Of a stretch of 64,000 nt of DNA, positions 38,510 to 51,676 are shown in pieces. Location: NCBI GenBank assembly GCA_016748015.1, contig JAAOMT010000523.1:1052156-1116155 (forward strand), given 5' to 3'. A program made the translations under genes and the position numbers. This stretch comes from Geosiphon pyriformis uo1 (taxonomy: Eukaryota > Fungi > Glomeromycota). Each line of letters begins with the position of its first letter. Within the stretch, counting starts at the first letter, position 1. The notes beneath the pieces are model-generated. The model was given only the letters and a program-made list of their open reading frames with translations. It had not been told where the DNA came from and made no database searches.

Positions 38510-39895
38510 ATGAATTTGGAAAACTACAACAATCTTAAACAATATTTGAAAACATTAACAATCCCAACAGATTGGTCTCCAGATGAAAAACATCGATTAC
38601 AACAACAAGCCAAACAATATTTTCTACACAACAATATTATTTATCAGCAAAATTTCAAAAACCCAAACAAACCACTCAGATTAATACAAGAACAGGAAAA
38701 AGAGACTATATTATACAACATGTACTTAGATTCTTCATCAGCACACTTTGGAAAAAACAGCACCACTTAAAGAACACTAGAATACTACTTTTGGTCTCGA
38801 ATGAGAAAAAACATTCATGAATATGTCAAATCTTGTGATAGTTGTCAAAGAAGAGGAGAAACACGCCCTACTGAACCATTAAACCCAATTAAAGTTGGAC
38901 AGCCTTTTGACAGAGTTGGTATCAATTTAGTCGGACCACTACCTATCACAAACCAAAGAAACCGTTATATTGTAGTAGCTGTAGACTATCTCACCAAATG
39001 GCCTGAAGCCAGAGCCATTCAATGAGCAGATGCAAAATCAATAGCAAACTTCATTTATAAAGACATTATTTGTAGACATAGATGCCCAATAGAACTTTTA
39101 TCTAATCAAGGAACACATTTCATGAACAATTTAATCCAAAAAATTTGTGGACAATTTAATGTCAAGAGACTATTATTTTCACCCTACCATCCACAAACCA
39201 ATAGATTTATAGAATGTTTCAACAGAACATTGTGTAAATCATTAGCCAAAGTTTCAACCAATTTTGAGCAAAAATGAGATTTCTTTATTCCATCAGTATT
39301 ATTAGCATATAGGACACTAAAACAAGATACCACAAAACACACACCATTTGATTTAACTTACAGAAGGACGGCAATGTTACCAATTAGTTTTACAGTGGAA
39401 ACATACCCAGCACAACCAATCGATGAAAACAATTTCCAAGAAATGCTTCAGCAAAGAGTCTACACTCTGTTTAGCACATTGGAAGGAAAATGACGAATAG
39501 CAACCATCCATATTGAACACTCTCAAGCTCAACAAAAAGAATGGCATAATGACAAATTGCCTCCAGTCACCAATGAATATAAAATTGGAAACAAAGTTCT
39601 CTTACACAGAACTAAAGCTGAAAAACAATGGAGTGGAAAATTTGAGAATAAATGGGATAGACCATTCTTTATCTATGAAGTTTTAGACAACGGATCATAC
39701 AAGCTAAGACTTGATGACAAAATCCTAGCAAAAGTTGTACATGGAGATCATTTGAAACACTATAATTCCAGAAACAATCTTGAACCATTAATTCTACAAA
39801 TTGGTACACATTCTCCTTTAATCAATCCCAAAGACATTCCCCGAAACTTAGAACCAATAGTTGTCATTGAACAACTCCCCAACTTGAACACTTAA
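38510..39895 (+). pseudogene. A3 integrase, separate ORF
   Basis: MNLENYNNLKQYL start, AHFG..CDSCQ, DYLTKWPE, PYHPQTN, WDRPF (GPF motif). No chromodomain seen. Confidence 0.92.
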
Positions 39896-40041
39896 TTTCA
39901 ATTTTATTATAGTTATTCCCTTATAATTTAAAAACATATCACAACAAAAACAAAACAAAGCACGCTGAAAAAACAAAAATAACATAAAAACTCACATACC
40001 AAAAATAATTTTATTTTTATTTTTTTTCTAATTTCATTATA

Positions 40042-40761
40042 ATGACTATCCCTCAAAATATTCAACAGTTATCTCAAAAATTAATGTTAGCTTTAAAAAC
40101 AATACCCGAATTATCCATTACTATCACTAGAAAACATATTAATTATACCCAAACAGAAATAGTTACAAATCTAGCCCCAAATTCACGAAAGTATCATCCT
40201 TATAGGAAAAACACAAAAAGTTATTCTGGAATTCATTTACCAGAACTTTTGAAGCTTGCTTTAAGAGAAAACTTATTGCTCACCCTTATTAATATTTCAC
40301 TAAATGCTACTATTCAACAAAAACTTTAACTGTGTCTTAATGAAGAAAATGGCAAATACCTCCCAATATATAGATATTTTTATATTGGAAAAACACTTCA
40401 TGAGCAAAAACTAGAGCTTACATCAGCAAACCTCACAAAAAAAGCTATTTGGAAACAACTCTACAACAAATTCAAGACGACAGCTGGACCTACAAACAGT
40501 CATTATAAACTAAGAGCTGCTCTTAGACTTTATGACCTATTCTACACCTGTGAAAACGTCCTGTAAAACCCAATTTTACAGCCTTTGAAGATTCAATACA
40601 TTGGAAAGCTCACAGAACTGAAATTTCAACAATTTTCAGACCAAATTTCTTCAATAATTTTGGATTACTATCTGGAAATTACAAACAGTACTTGGACTTT
40701 GACAAAGCTCAGTTTTGAGGAGGAGATTATGTTACCAGACAAAATTAAAGATATTGTTTAG
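40042..40761 (+). pseudogene. A3 ORF3 (unknown), reading through the PPT into the LTR
   Basis: MTIPQNIQQL...YRYFYIGKTL...RAALRLYDLF...IGKLTELKFQQF. The frame is kept to a TAG inside the LTR; two internal TAA. Confidence 0.8.
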
Positions 40762-41712
40762 CATGGAATTATCCTTATAAATCTTATCATTAATTAACAT
40801 ATATTATCATTTCAAATTATTCCTTATTACATTAGCAAAATATCCAAAATTATCATTTAATTAATAACCCAATTTGTACATAACACAAATGTAATCTAAT
40901 TGCGATGATCAATCATGCAATACCCCGAACTATGTAACATTCAAAAAGTTCGCCAAAATTTGTAAGAAATTTGCCGAAATAATTGATAGTTTGCCAAAAT
41001 ATCTAATAGTTCACAGAAATAACTTGTAATTCACCAAAATGTATCTTTAGTTCAGCAAAATTATAGAAAATAGCAAAGTTCAAGTTCATAGAATAGTGTT
41101 ACGACAAGTTGTATAAAAAAAGAGCTTCTCTCTTCGAGGAAATGTATTTTACTTCAGATTTAATAATTAGAATTATTCTTTACATACAAAAACAAAATAA
41201 ATATCAAATAATTCGAAAAATCAAATTCTTAATTATTTCCCTTGAAATTAACCAAACCCTACTAACAGTTAAAATTGATTAGCTACCAATTTCAGTAGAC
41301 TGTTAAAGCACTTCCAGGCCTGGATCCAAAATGACTTCCATAAATCATCAGTTTTACTTTTTTTTACATTCCCTTTATTTTCTTTCTTTTCTTATTATAA
41401 ATCATTTGGGTATTTTACAGACAAGAATTCCTGTAGAAGAGTTGACTTTCACAGCAAAGTAACTACACATTTTTAATGAGCTTCCAGATGAGCAATTCCT
41501 GGGAAAGAGTTGACGTTTACTACAACGTAACTATACAAAGTAACTGGCATGGAATTGGCCATTCTACTTATAAGCCCAGCAATTCAAATTATAGGAGATA
41601 ATTTGAAGATAAATTCAGTTATTGGAGGTCCAACTACTTCCTGGAAACGTGAATTCACAGCAAATCAACATTAACAAAATTCAAGAAAAGTGACCAAAAA
41701 CCTCTGGTAACA
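40730..41712 (+). repeat. Chimeric LTR shared as A3 3' LTR and A2 5' LTR
   Basis: Preceded by a PPT and followed by a PBS. The 5' part is A3-type and the last ~90 bp are A2-type. Confidence 0.9.
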
Positions 41713-41757
41713 TTTGGTGCTCTTCCACAGAAATAACACAGCAACAACAAATTCAAA

Positions 41758-44700
41758 GTGGTGACCACACCAGACACAGCAACTCTAGAGTATTATCAGT
41801 CAATTTACACCCACTGCAAGCAAAGATTCAACATTCCAGACGGAATTGAAGTTGTCAAGAAATCAGTATACCAACACATTGAAAACCGCATCAACAATTA
41901 TCTTTTTGGAAATTACAATATCTCAGAAGTTAGAAACAACCTTTACAATAATTTAGCACACTATTTACAGTTGGAACTGAAGACCTTAACAGTGAAATAC
42001 TTGCTACTTACTTTTAAGAACTTAATTTTAACATTATCAAGTACTGTAAAGAAACATATCCAGTGCAGTCTCAATACTCCATTGATTTTGAATTAGAAAC
42101 AGAAACAAGCAACAAAGACAAACAAAAAGTGAAACAATATTTAAAAACCACACCAAATACTCCAATACTACCAAAAACAATTGTCAAATACTTGCAAACA
42201 TCTGAACAAAGAACCAGTATCAAATTATCACTTTCTATTACATCATTTCCAATTTCACTTGTTTAACCACAAACACCAAGTTCACCACTTAACCATTTCT
42301 CCAAATCAGAAGATTTTCAGTCACCTAGAAATCCTATTCAACAGCAGGAACCAATATCAACCAGCACCAATATTATTGAGTATTTACAGGAAATCAAAAG
42401 TAATCCTTCAGAAAACTTGAAAAGTGAAAAAACTGAATCAAAACAAGAAAAAACTATAGAAAACAAAGAAGAAATGGCAACTGCTTACATTGCAAAGATT
42501 CCAGAGTTTACTGGTGAAAATAATGATACCAGTCCTCAAGAATGACTTGATAAAGTCCAAAAAGCAGGAGATGTAAATGGTTGGAATGCAACAAGAATGC
42601 TCAAGGCAATTCCATACTTTCTCCAAAGAACTGCAGGAGAATGGTTTGAAAACTTAGAACTATTTAAAAACTGGCAAGTATTTAAAGATGCTTTTTTACA
42701 ACAATTCACTGACAATAATACCTCTATCACTTTCCACAATCACTTTTGCAACATCAAACAAGAAACATCTGAAACTGTCATGACCTATCTTGAAAGATTC
42801 AACAAACTCCTTCGATGAATTTGACAATTAGAAACCAATGACTACTATTCTGATGCCCAGATTTTGGATTAGTTTATAGCAGAATTAAAAAACAAACTCA
42901 TTAAGAAAGTCTTTCCACATGCACCAGCAGACTTAGCAACTGCCATTAGACATGCAAAAAACTATGAAATGGCAATAAAAGAAGCAAACCACACCAAACT
43001 TGTCAACCTAGCTATTGAAGAAACCAGTTCAGCAGCTGAAAAAAAGATAGACCAACTTACAAAAAAGGTTGAAAACTATTTTACCAACCAACAACAACAG
43101 CAGCAGCAACCACAAAGATATCAACCACCACAACGACAAAACCAAAACAACTTTAGATTACTATCCAACAACCAATCTCAAAATTGTCATTATTGTAGAA
43201 TTTTAAAACACTGAAAACGAGATTGCAGGAAATTGCAAAGAGACCAACAAAATAAGAGTAATCAACATTATTCTTCACCACAACAATCTTATTATCAACC
43301 TCCACCACCAACTTATTATTTACCAAGACCACAAAATCAAAACAATTACTATCAACCAGCTCCACAACCAATGCAGCAACAGTATTAGCAACCTTTACCA
43401 ATTCAGCAATATTAGACACCACCCACTCAACAATATCAAGTGCCAGCCAGAAGATTGGTTCAACATAACCAATTCACACTCCAAAATCAATTTCAGAATA
43501 ACAATAACAGAATCAACCCAAATAATCAGTTGGTTCTCCGAAATTCTGGTCAACAAAGACCCAATCACTATCACACTCAACCCAGTTATCTTATAATGCC
43601 TAAAGGATCGAATTTTCAACAACCTGCACTTTCTAAAGGTGAAGTTGCAGCACCAAAGTCAAATCCTTTCAACAATACCATTTCACCAGCTCAAATTGCT
43701 GTAAATATCAATCTCTCAAATATATTTCTATTTGAATTTGAAGCAAATGAATCATCATCCTTGCTTAGTAATGCAGCAGCTAATAAACAAAAAGCTATTA
43801 CTGCCATGTACATTGAAGCTACAATAGAAAAAAAGCCCATCCGATTAATCCTAAACAGTGGATCAGCTGGAAGTATTATCACCTACCAGTTAATGCAACA
43901 GCTTCAAAAAACTGTTGACAGACCAGCCCAAACTGTAATTGTTACAGCAGATGGTATGAAAAAGACACCAGTAGGAGAAATTGACAATTTCCTATTTATC
44001 ATTGATGGAATTACCATTCCAGTTAAAGTTCTAGTCATGGATGCACCCCAATATCAAGTCCTGGTCAGAAATAATTGGCTTCTTAAGGCCAATGCAAACT
44101 TGGACTGGGAAACTCAGAAACTAAAAATCTTATACCAAGAACAATATACTATAGTACCTGCTACTTGTAGTACTTTTAACAAATGATCAGAAAAAGTCCC
44201 AGTATTTGAATTTGAAGAGGAGAAAGAAATGCCACTTACTGAAACCTATATGGCCCTTGGATCAACATCTAATTGGGCTGAGAAAACAGAACAAAAAATT
44301 TTTGAAGAATCAAAAGGATAAAAGAAAGTTAGATATTCTACACCAGAACCATGGAAACAACCACTCTATATTCCACTCAAATGTAAAGATTGCAACAAGA
44401 AACTTTCATCAATGGGAGCATCCATTTCTCCAGAAGAGAAATATGAAACTTGTATCTGCTACTTTTGTAAAGCATGCCATAGAGAATGATTTGGATATTC
44501 CAAAAGAAATGAAAAATGAGACAAAACATCTTGCCTCACATGTAGAAATATACTACCAAAAAAATGCAACTGGATTGATGTTGCAATGAGAAGAGGAGTA
44601 TGTGATCAAACCTGTTAATATGCTCTATCAATTTCGGAAAAAGTCAGAAGAGAAACATCATTTGATGCAGTATATAATAGTGCTCTCAATAAACTTTACC

Positions 44701-47362
44701 ACTACCCTCATGATGCTGAAATGATTTTTGACTTAGCAATGGCATTAATCAATGAAGCCACCCAAGAAAATGTCCATCAAATAAAAAAAGCTGAATACAT
44801 TAAGTATACCATGGAGTTAGCTGGATTTGATTATGAAGATGAAATAGAAACATACCACCAAATTGCAAGTTATACATATCCAACCAAAGAAGCTCAAATT
44901 CAACAATTAGAGCAAATGAACATTCAATTGTGTAAAAAATGTGTTATGCCTTGTAATGACCAATGGTGTTTAGAATGCTATGCTCTTAGCATTCCCTTGC
45001 CAGATGAGAATGATGAAAATAAAATAAAATTTGGAGTATCTGAACTAGTAGAAGAATTACCAATCACTCTCATCTATCTTCTTGAAAATTAACCACCTCT
45101 ACAACTTAAATATTTCGACAACCATGGCCAAGGAATCATACCAGAAAAAGCACATGAAATTGATGCTGGGTATGACTTAAGATACCTTGATTCTCCAACC
45201 AAAGTTCTTGACAAAAATCAACCTCAAAATTGCTCTTGAAATTTCACCTGGAGCAATGATTTAAATTGCATCCAGATTATTATTGGCAAGCAAAGGAATC
45301 AATATTAGAGGAGGAGTTATAGATGCAGGATATATTGAAGACATTATCATCATGTTACAGAATAAAACAAACAAACCATTCAGAATTGAACATGCTGAGA
45401 AAATTGCCCAAGCAATTTACTTATCCTTAATCAACATTTCAGGTTTACAATCAGTGAAAAACAGAGAACAATTGGAAAAAAGTGAAAGAAGAACTCAAGG
45501 TTTTGGTTCAACTGGACGATTTACAGTGCCAGTAAACATAGCTTTCAATACACAAAATGAATCTCACCAGATTCTTCAACTTCCCCAACCAATTACCATT
45601 TCATCTTTTGAAGAATATTACGAAATTTACACCTGCTCAAAACCCACCACTACCCAACAAATCTTTGAATCCAATGAACAAATCTGTTTAAAGCATGAAA
45701 TCTCAATCCCAAACGTTTATATTCCTAAAGGAATGAAAAAATTTCGAGTTATATTCTACAACCCCAACAATTACCCTATTGTCCTATTAAATAAACTAGA
45801 AATTGGAATTATACACAGCAATATTTTCCAAGATAAAAACCCTCAAATTGTCTCTAATTTCATCGAAATTATAAGACATACATTACTTCCAAATCCAAAC
45901 ATCACCCCTACTACTGAAAACTACCATCTGTTGGAAGAAAAACTCTCTAGAATCAACATGAATCCCTTAGAACCCCAACAACAAAGACAATTAAAACAAT
46001 TGATAGCTGAATTTGCAAATATATTTGCAAAAGACAACAATGACCTGGGAAAAACGGATATTGTCCAATATCAGATCCACACAGGAGATGCTCCACCAAA
46101 AAGACAACAAGCTTATTGAGTGCCACCTGCCAACCACTAATTCATCAGAGAAGAGATCCAAAGAATGCTCAATAACGAATTAATCCAACCATCAAGAAGT
46201 CCATGGGCCTCACCAGTAGTTTTAATTAAAAAGAAAAACGGAAAAATCAGATTCTGTGTTGATTATAGACAACTGAATAGTATTACAATTGGAGATGCCT
46301 ACCCTCTTCCAAGAATTAATGATATGTTAAATGCTTTAGGAAAAACCAAGTTCTTCTCAACTTTAGACTTGGAAAGTAGATATTGGCAAGTCGAAATGGA
46401 CCCAAAAGATCGACCCAAAACAGCATTTACCACTCAAGAAGGAAACTATAAGTTCAATGTTATGTCTTTTGGACTCTGCAATGCACCAGCAACATTCCAG
46501 TAACTTATGAATGTTGTATATGAAGGGCTCTTGTGGCAATCAGTAGTTGTTTATCTTGATGACACTAATGTGTACTCACCAAGCTTTGAAGCCCATCTTA
46601 TTTACCTGCAAGAAGTTTTTCAACAATTATGGAAAGCAGAATTGAAATTAAACATTGAGAAATATCACTTTGGAAAAACAAGTTTAATCTTTCTTGGACA
46701 TATTGTTAGCAAAAATAGAGTCAAACCAAATCCTGAAACAATCAGTGCTGTCAAAAACTTTCAAACTTCCAAAAATACCACAGAGCTATGAGGATTTGTA
46801 GGATTAGCCTCCTACTATCGAAAATTCATCAAAAAATTCTCAGAAATTGCCAAACCACTTAATTATCTCACCAACAAAAATGTGTCTTACAAATGGACAG
46901 AAGAACAACAAAAAGCTTTTGAAACCCTCAAAACAAGACTGACAACAGCCCCAGTTCTTGCTTATCCAGACTTCAACAAATGGTTTCAACTAGCCACTGA
47001 TGTTTCACACATAGTATTTGGTGCCATCTTATCACAATTGGATGAAAATGGCCAAGAACAAGTCATTGCTTATGCTAGTAGAATACTCAAATCAACAGAA
47101 CTCAAATATGGCTCAACTGAATTAGAAGCTGCTGTAGTCATTTGGGCTCTTAAACCCTTTCAACAATACTTAGAATGAAAAAGAATTTGACATCATAACT
47201 GACAATATTGGTTTCAAATGGCTTAATAAAAAGAAAACTGAATAAAGTGCCAAACAGTCTCGATGAAATGACTTCTTAGCAGACTACAAATATATTGTAT
47301 ACCACAAACCAGAAAAACTACACACCAATATTGATAGTCTCTCAAGAATGAGACAAGATTAA
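41758..47362 (+). pseudogene. A2 gag-PR-Cys-rich-dUTPase-RT-RNase H polyprotein
   Basis: Same domain order as A3. DAGYDL, GVIDAGY, EKIAQ, QGFGSTG; SPWASP, YLDD. TAA at 47360-47362. Confidence 0.92.
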
Positions 47363-47420
47363 ACACCAACAACAAATCCAACACAACTCACCAACTTATC
47401 AACACAATAACCAAATAACA

Positions 47421-48806
47421 ATAGATTTCAGAAATTACAACAATCTTAAAAACTATTTGGAGACTTTTACTATACCAGAAAATTGGTCTCCAAGTAAAAA
47501 ACATCGATTACAACACCAATTTAAACAATATTTCATACACCACAACAAAATCTATTACAAAAATTGTAGAAATCCAAACCAATCACTCAGATTAGTACAG
47601 GAAAATGAAAAAAAAACAATCCTATACAACATGTACACAGATCCATCTTCAGCACACTTGGGAAGAGATAAAACAATCCAAAGAACTCTTGAACATTATT
47701 TTTGGCCTCAAATGCAAAAAGACATTTGACAATATATAGAATCTTGTGATAGTTGTCAAAGAAGAAAAGAAACTCACCCCACAGAACTTTTAAATCCAAT
47801 TAAAGTTGGACAACTTTTTGACAGAGTTGGAATTGATTTAGTCGAACCATTACCTATCACAACCCAAGGAAATTGCTATATTGCAGTAGCAGTAGATTAT
47901 TTCACCAAATGGCCTGAAGCTAGAGCCATCCAAAGAGCAGATGCAAAATCAGTAGCAAATTTCATCTATAAAGACATTATCTGTAGACATGGATGCCAAA
48001 TTGAACTTTTATCTGATCAAGAAACACATTTTGTAAACAACTTGATACAAAAAATTTGTGAACAATTCAATGTCAAAAGACCTCTATCATCACCTTATCA
48101 CTCTTAAACAAATGGATTTGTAGAACGTTTCAACAGAACATTGTGTGAATCTCTAGCCAAAGTCTTAACAAATTTTGAGCAGGAATGGGATATTTTTATT
48201 TTATTAGTGTTACTAGCATACAGAACACTAAAACAAGATACCACAAAACACACATCATTTGATCTTACTTATGGAAGGACAGCAACATTACCAATTAATT
48301 TCACAGTGGAAACATACCCTGTGCAACCAATTAATAAAGAAAACTTTCAAGAAACACTCCAAAGAAAAGTCTACACTCTTTTTAATACACTGGAAAGAAA
48401 AAGAAAGATAGCAGCAACTCATATTGAACATTCCCAAGTTCAACAAAAAGAAAGACATGACAACAAATTACCACTCATAACCAACAAATTTAAAATTGGA
48501 AATAAAGTTCTTTTACACAGAACTAAGGCCAAAAAACAATGGAGTGGAAAATTTGAAAACAAATGGAATGGACCATTTTATATTCACGAAATTCTAGGCA
48601 ATGGATCATACAAGTTAAGACTTGGTAACAAAGTACTAACAAAAATTGCACATAGAGATAGATTGAAACACTATCATTCCAGAAATAATCTTGAACCATT
48701 AATTCCACAAATTGGTACACATTCCCCTTTAATTAAACCTGAAGATATTCCCCGAAATTTAGAACCAATAATTATAATAGAACAACAGCCAAACTTGAAC
48801 ACTTAA
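47421..48806 (+). pseudogene. A2 integrase, separate ORF (start decayed to ATA)
   Basis: (M)DFRNYNNLKNYL, AHLG..CDSCQ, GIDLV, SDQ, NGFVERFN, WNGPFYI. Confidence 0.9.
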
Positions 48807-48966
48807 TTTAACATAATTTTACAATAATCTTTTTAATATAAATACACAAAGAAAAAATAATAAATAATTACAAAAACACACAAACCCAAAAACAAATAAA
48901 ACCCCATATCCAAAAATAATTTTCTTTATTCTTTTCAAACTTTGTTATTAATTAGTCATTTTTATC

Positions 48967-49674
48967 ATGATTATTCCCCGAAATATTCAACAAATATCCC
49001 AAAAATTAATGTTAGCTTTGAAAACACTTCCTGGTTTGTCTATAACGATTAATAAAAGTCAAATTAATTACATTTAGAAAGAAACCACAGCCCCAATAGT
49101 AAATAATTCTCAAAACTATCACTCTTATAAAAGAAAAACAAGAGGTCACTCTGAAAATAGGTTACCAGAACTCTTAAAGCAAGCACTAAAAGAAAACCTC
49201 TTAATTGCCCCTATTGACATTTCACCAAATGCCACAATGCAACAAAAACTTTTACTATTTCTCAATGAACAGAACAATGAACATACCCTTATATATAGAT
49301 ATTTTCATATTGGAAAAACACTTTATGGACGAAAACTAGAACTTGAAGCAACCAATATCACTCCTAAGAATATATAAAAACAAATTCACAATGAATTCAA
49401 GACAGCAGCTGGACCAATAAATACTCATTATAAACTTAGAGCAGCATTTAGACTCTATGATTTATTCAACACTTGTGAAAACGTCCTACAAAATCCAATA
49501 CTCCATCCAATGAAGATTCAATACATTGGAAAGCTCACAGAACTGAAATTTCAACAATTTTCAGACCAAATTACTTCAATTATCTTGAACTATTATCTTA
49601 ACATCACAGATAGTGCTTGGATTTTGATGGAGCTCAGTCTTAAGGAGAAGATTATGTTACCAGTAGAATTTTAG
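48967..49674 (+). pseudogene. A2 ORF3
   Basis: MIIPRNIQQISQKLMLALK...YRYFHIGKTL...RAAFRLYDLF; ends inside the 3' LTR. Confidence 0.8.
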
Positions 49675-50626
49675 CTATTAATTAGCATGAAATTACCCTT
49701 ATAATTCCTATTATTAATTAGCATATATCATTATCATTTCGATTATCCCTTATTATTTAATCAAATTATCAAATATCATTACTCAATCAATAATCCGATT
49801 TGTACTCTAGAAATTAAAATGATCAAATTACACAATACCCTGAACCATTTAACATAGTCAAAATTCGTCGAAATTAATGAAAATTTGCTGAAATAATCAA
49901 TAGTTCAATGAAATAACTTGTAAATTTGCCGAAATGTATCTTTAGTTCACCCAAATTTTAGCAAAAAGAAAAGTGCAAGTTTAAAGACTAGTACTATAAC
50001 AAGTTGTATAAAAGAAGAGCTTCTCTCTTCAAGAAAATGTATCTTCTCATAGTATTTTAACATAGTATCTTACTTTAGATATCTTAATTGAAACAAATCA
50101 CCTTTTATACATTCAAATAAAAATTAAATATTCAAAAAACAAATCCTTAAAATTATTGCACTTGAAATTCCTTCAACACAACTAACGTTTTGAAATTGAT
50201 TAGCTACCAATTTCAATAATCTGTTAGTGACTCCAGGCTTGGATAGAAAACGTTTCCCTTGATAAAATTCTATTTCTTTTACATTTCTTTTATTTTTCTT
50301 TTCTTTTCTTATCATAATCATTAGGGTAGCCTACAGACGAGATTCCTGAAGAAGAGTTGATTTTCACAGCAAAGTAACTACACATTTTAGTGAGCTTCCA
50401 GATGAGCAATTCTTGGAAAAAAGTTGACGTTTACTACAACATAACTACATAAAGTAACTGGCAAGGAATTGGCCATTCCACTTATAAGCCCAGCAGTTCA
50501 AATTATAGGAGATAATTTGAAGATAAATTCAGTTATTGGAGGTCCAACTACTTCCTAGAAACGTAAATTCACAGCAAATCAACATTAACAAAATTCAAGA
50601 AAAGAGACCAAAAACCTCCAGTAACA
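49655..50626 (+). repeat. A2 3' LTR
   Basis: PPT AAGGAGAAGATTA, then TGTTACCAG...GTAACA. Confidence 0.93.
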
Positions 50627-51615
50627 ATAGCTTTGGTGACGTCGTTGATCCATGTTTGGGTGTCATCCTCTTCACCAGAAAATTTTTCTAGCTTTGCAAT
50701 TGGTGCATATGCCATTTGTTGTTGTTGTTGTGGCTGTTGAAATGGCTGTTGAAGTTGTTGAGATGGTTGAATCAGTTCAATAATTGGTTTTCTGGGTGGC
50801 TGGTTAATAATGATTACTGGAAGTAAGTTTTCTTGATTAATTACTTTGGGGTTTAGATTATTCAAAGTCTGCTGAGTTTAAATATCTGGAGTTTCAACTT
50901 CTGAATTTTCTGTGATCGGATTTTGGTAATTAAATTCTTAATCCTCTTCTTTCTTTTCTTCTAATGCCATTATTTTCCAGGAACTTGTGTTTCCGAAATC
51001 TGGTTGAGGTGGTGGTAATTGGAGTTCTGATGGCATTGGGGATCATTATTTAAATCTCTCAAAGTAATCACTGTAAGTTCCTAGTAATTCTGCTTTTTTT
51101 TGTTTACTTTAAAATGAGAGTCAGCCAAATGTTGATGTCACATATGATATGGATGCACCTATTGATAAGATGTTAATAGTGCTTTCTGGTGTGTAATGAT
51201 ATGATGAATTAATTGGTAATTTAACTCTGGTTTTCTTCCAAGTAGGTAATTGTATTTGTTTTAGTGTTACTGTTGGTGTTTGCAATCTTCTTTTGTCTTT
51301 GTCTACATAAGTGATAGGAAATTGTTGTTGTGTGTATCTTTCAATGGTTTGATTGATTTCACTAATGATTGGTGCAAAACTGTAGTTTCTTGGTAAGCTG
51401 GTATGTTGAAATAATTCTGTATAGAAATTTTCCCTTGTGGATTTAATTTTAACTGTTCCTCCTAAGCAGTCTGTGATTTTATTATTGATGTAAAAGTTGA
51501 AGGCTGATTCTGCTGAGAAATGATTATTGTTTAATCCTAATTGTTGGCTGTACTGTTAAAACAAGAATTTGGAAAATTCTAAGTGGTTTGCTCCTATAAT
51601 TTCTAATTCTGCCAC
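50627..51615 (-). pseudogene. B2 gag N-terminal part
   Basis: KVAE..GANHLEF..AESAFNFYIN..; Q-rich linker; capsid start MAYAPIAKLEKFSGEEDD. Confidence 0.85.
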
Positions 51616-51657
51616 TTTTGGATGATTGTTGTTGGTGCTGTTCTCTGTAGAATTATA

Positions 51658-51674
51658 CCTCATAGGGAGCACCA
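51658..51674 (-). promoter_or_regulatory. B2 primer-binding site
   Basis: TGGTGCTCCCTATGAGG, 2 nt downstream of the 5' LTR. Confidence 0.88.
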
Positions 51675-51676
51675 AA

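Larger units (their letters stand above)
31828..41712 (+). mobile_element. Gypsy element A3, full length
   Basis: LTR 31828-32811, PBS, gag-pol, IN, ORF3, PPT GAGGAGGAGATTA, LTR 40730-41712. Confidence 0.92.
31052..50626 (+). mobile_element. Gypsy element A2, with A3 inside its 5' LTR, inserted in B2 gag
   Basis: TSD ATAG at 31048-31051 and 50627-50630. Removing it restores B gag VTKAITANNWDD. Confidence 0.93.

Noticed and set aside
39780-39895. Chromodomain at the integrase C-terminus
   Set aside because: After the GPF motif there is only a short tail with a duplicated RN(N)LEP; no chromodomain aromatic pattern.
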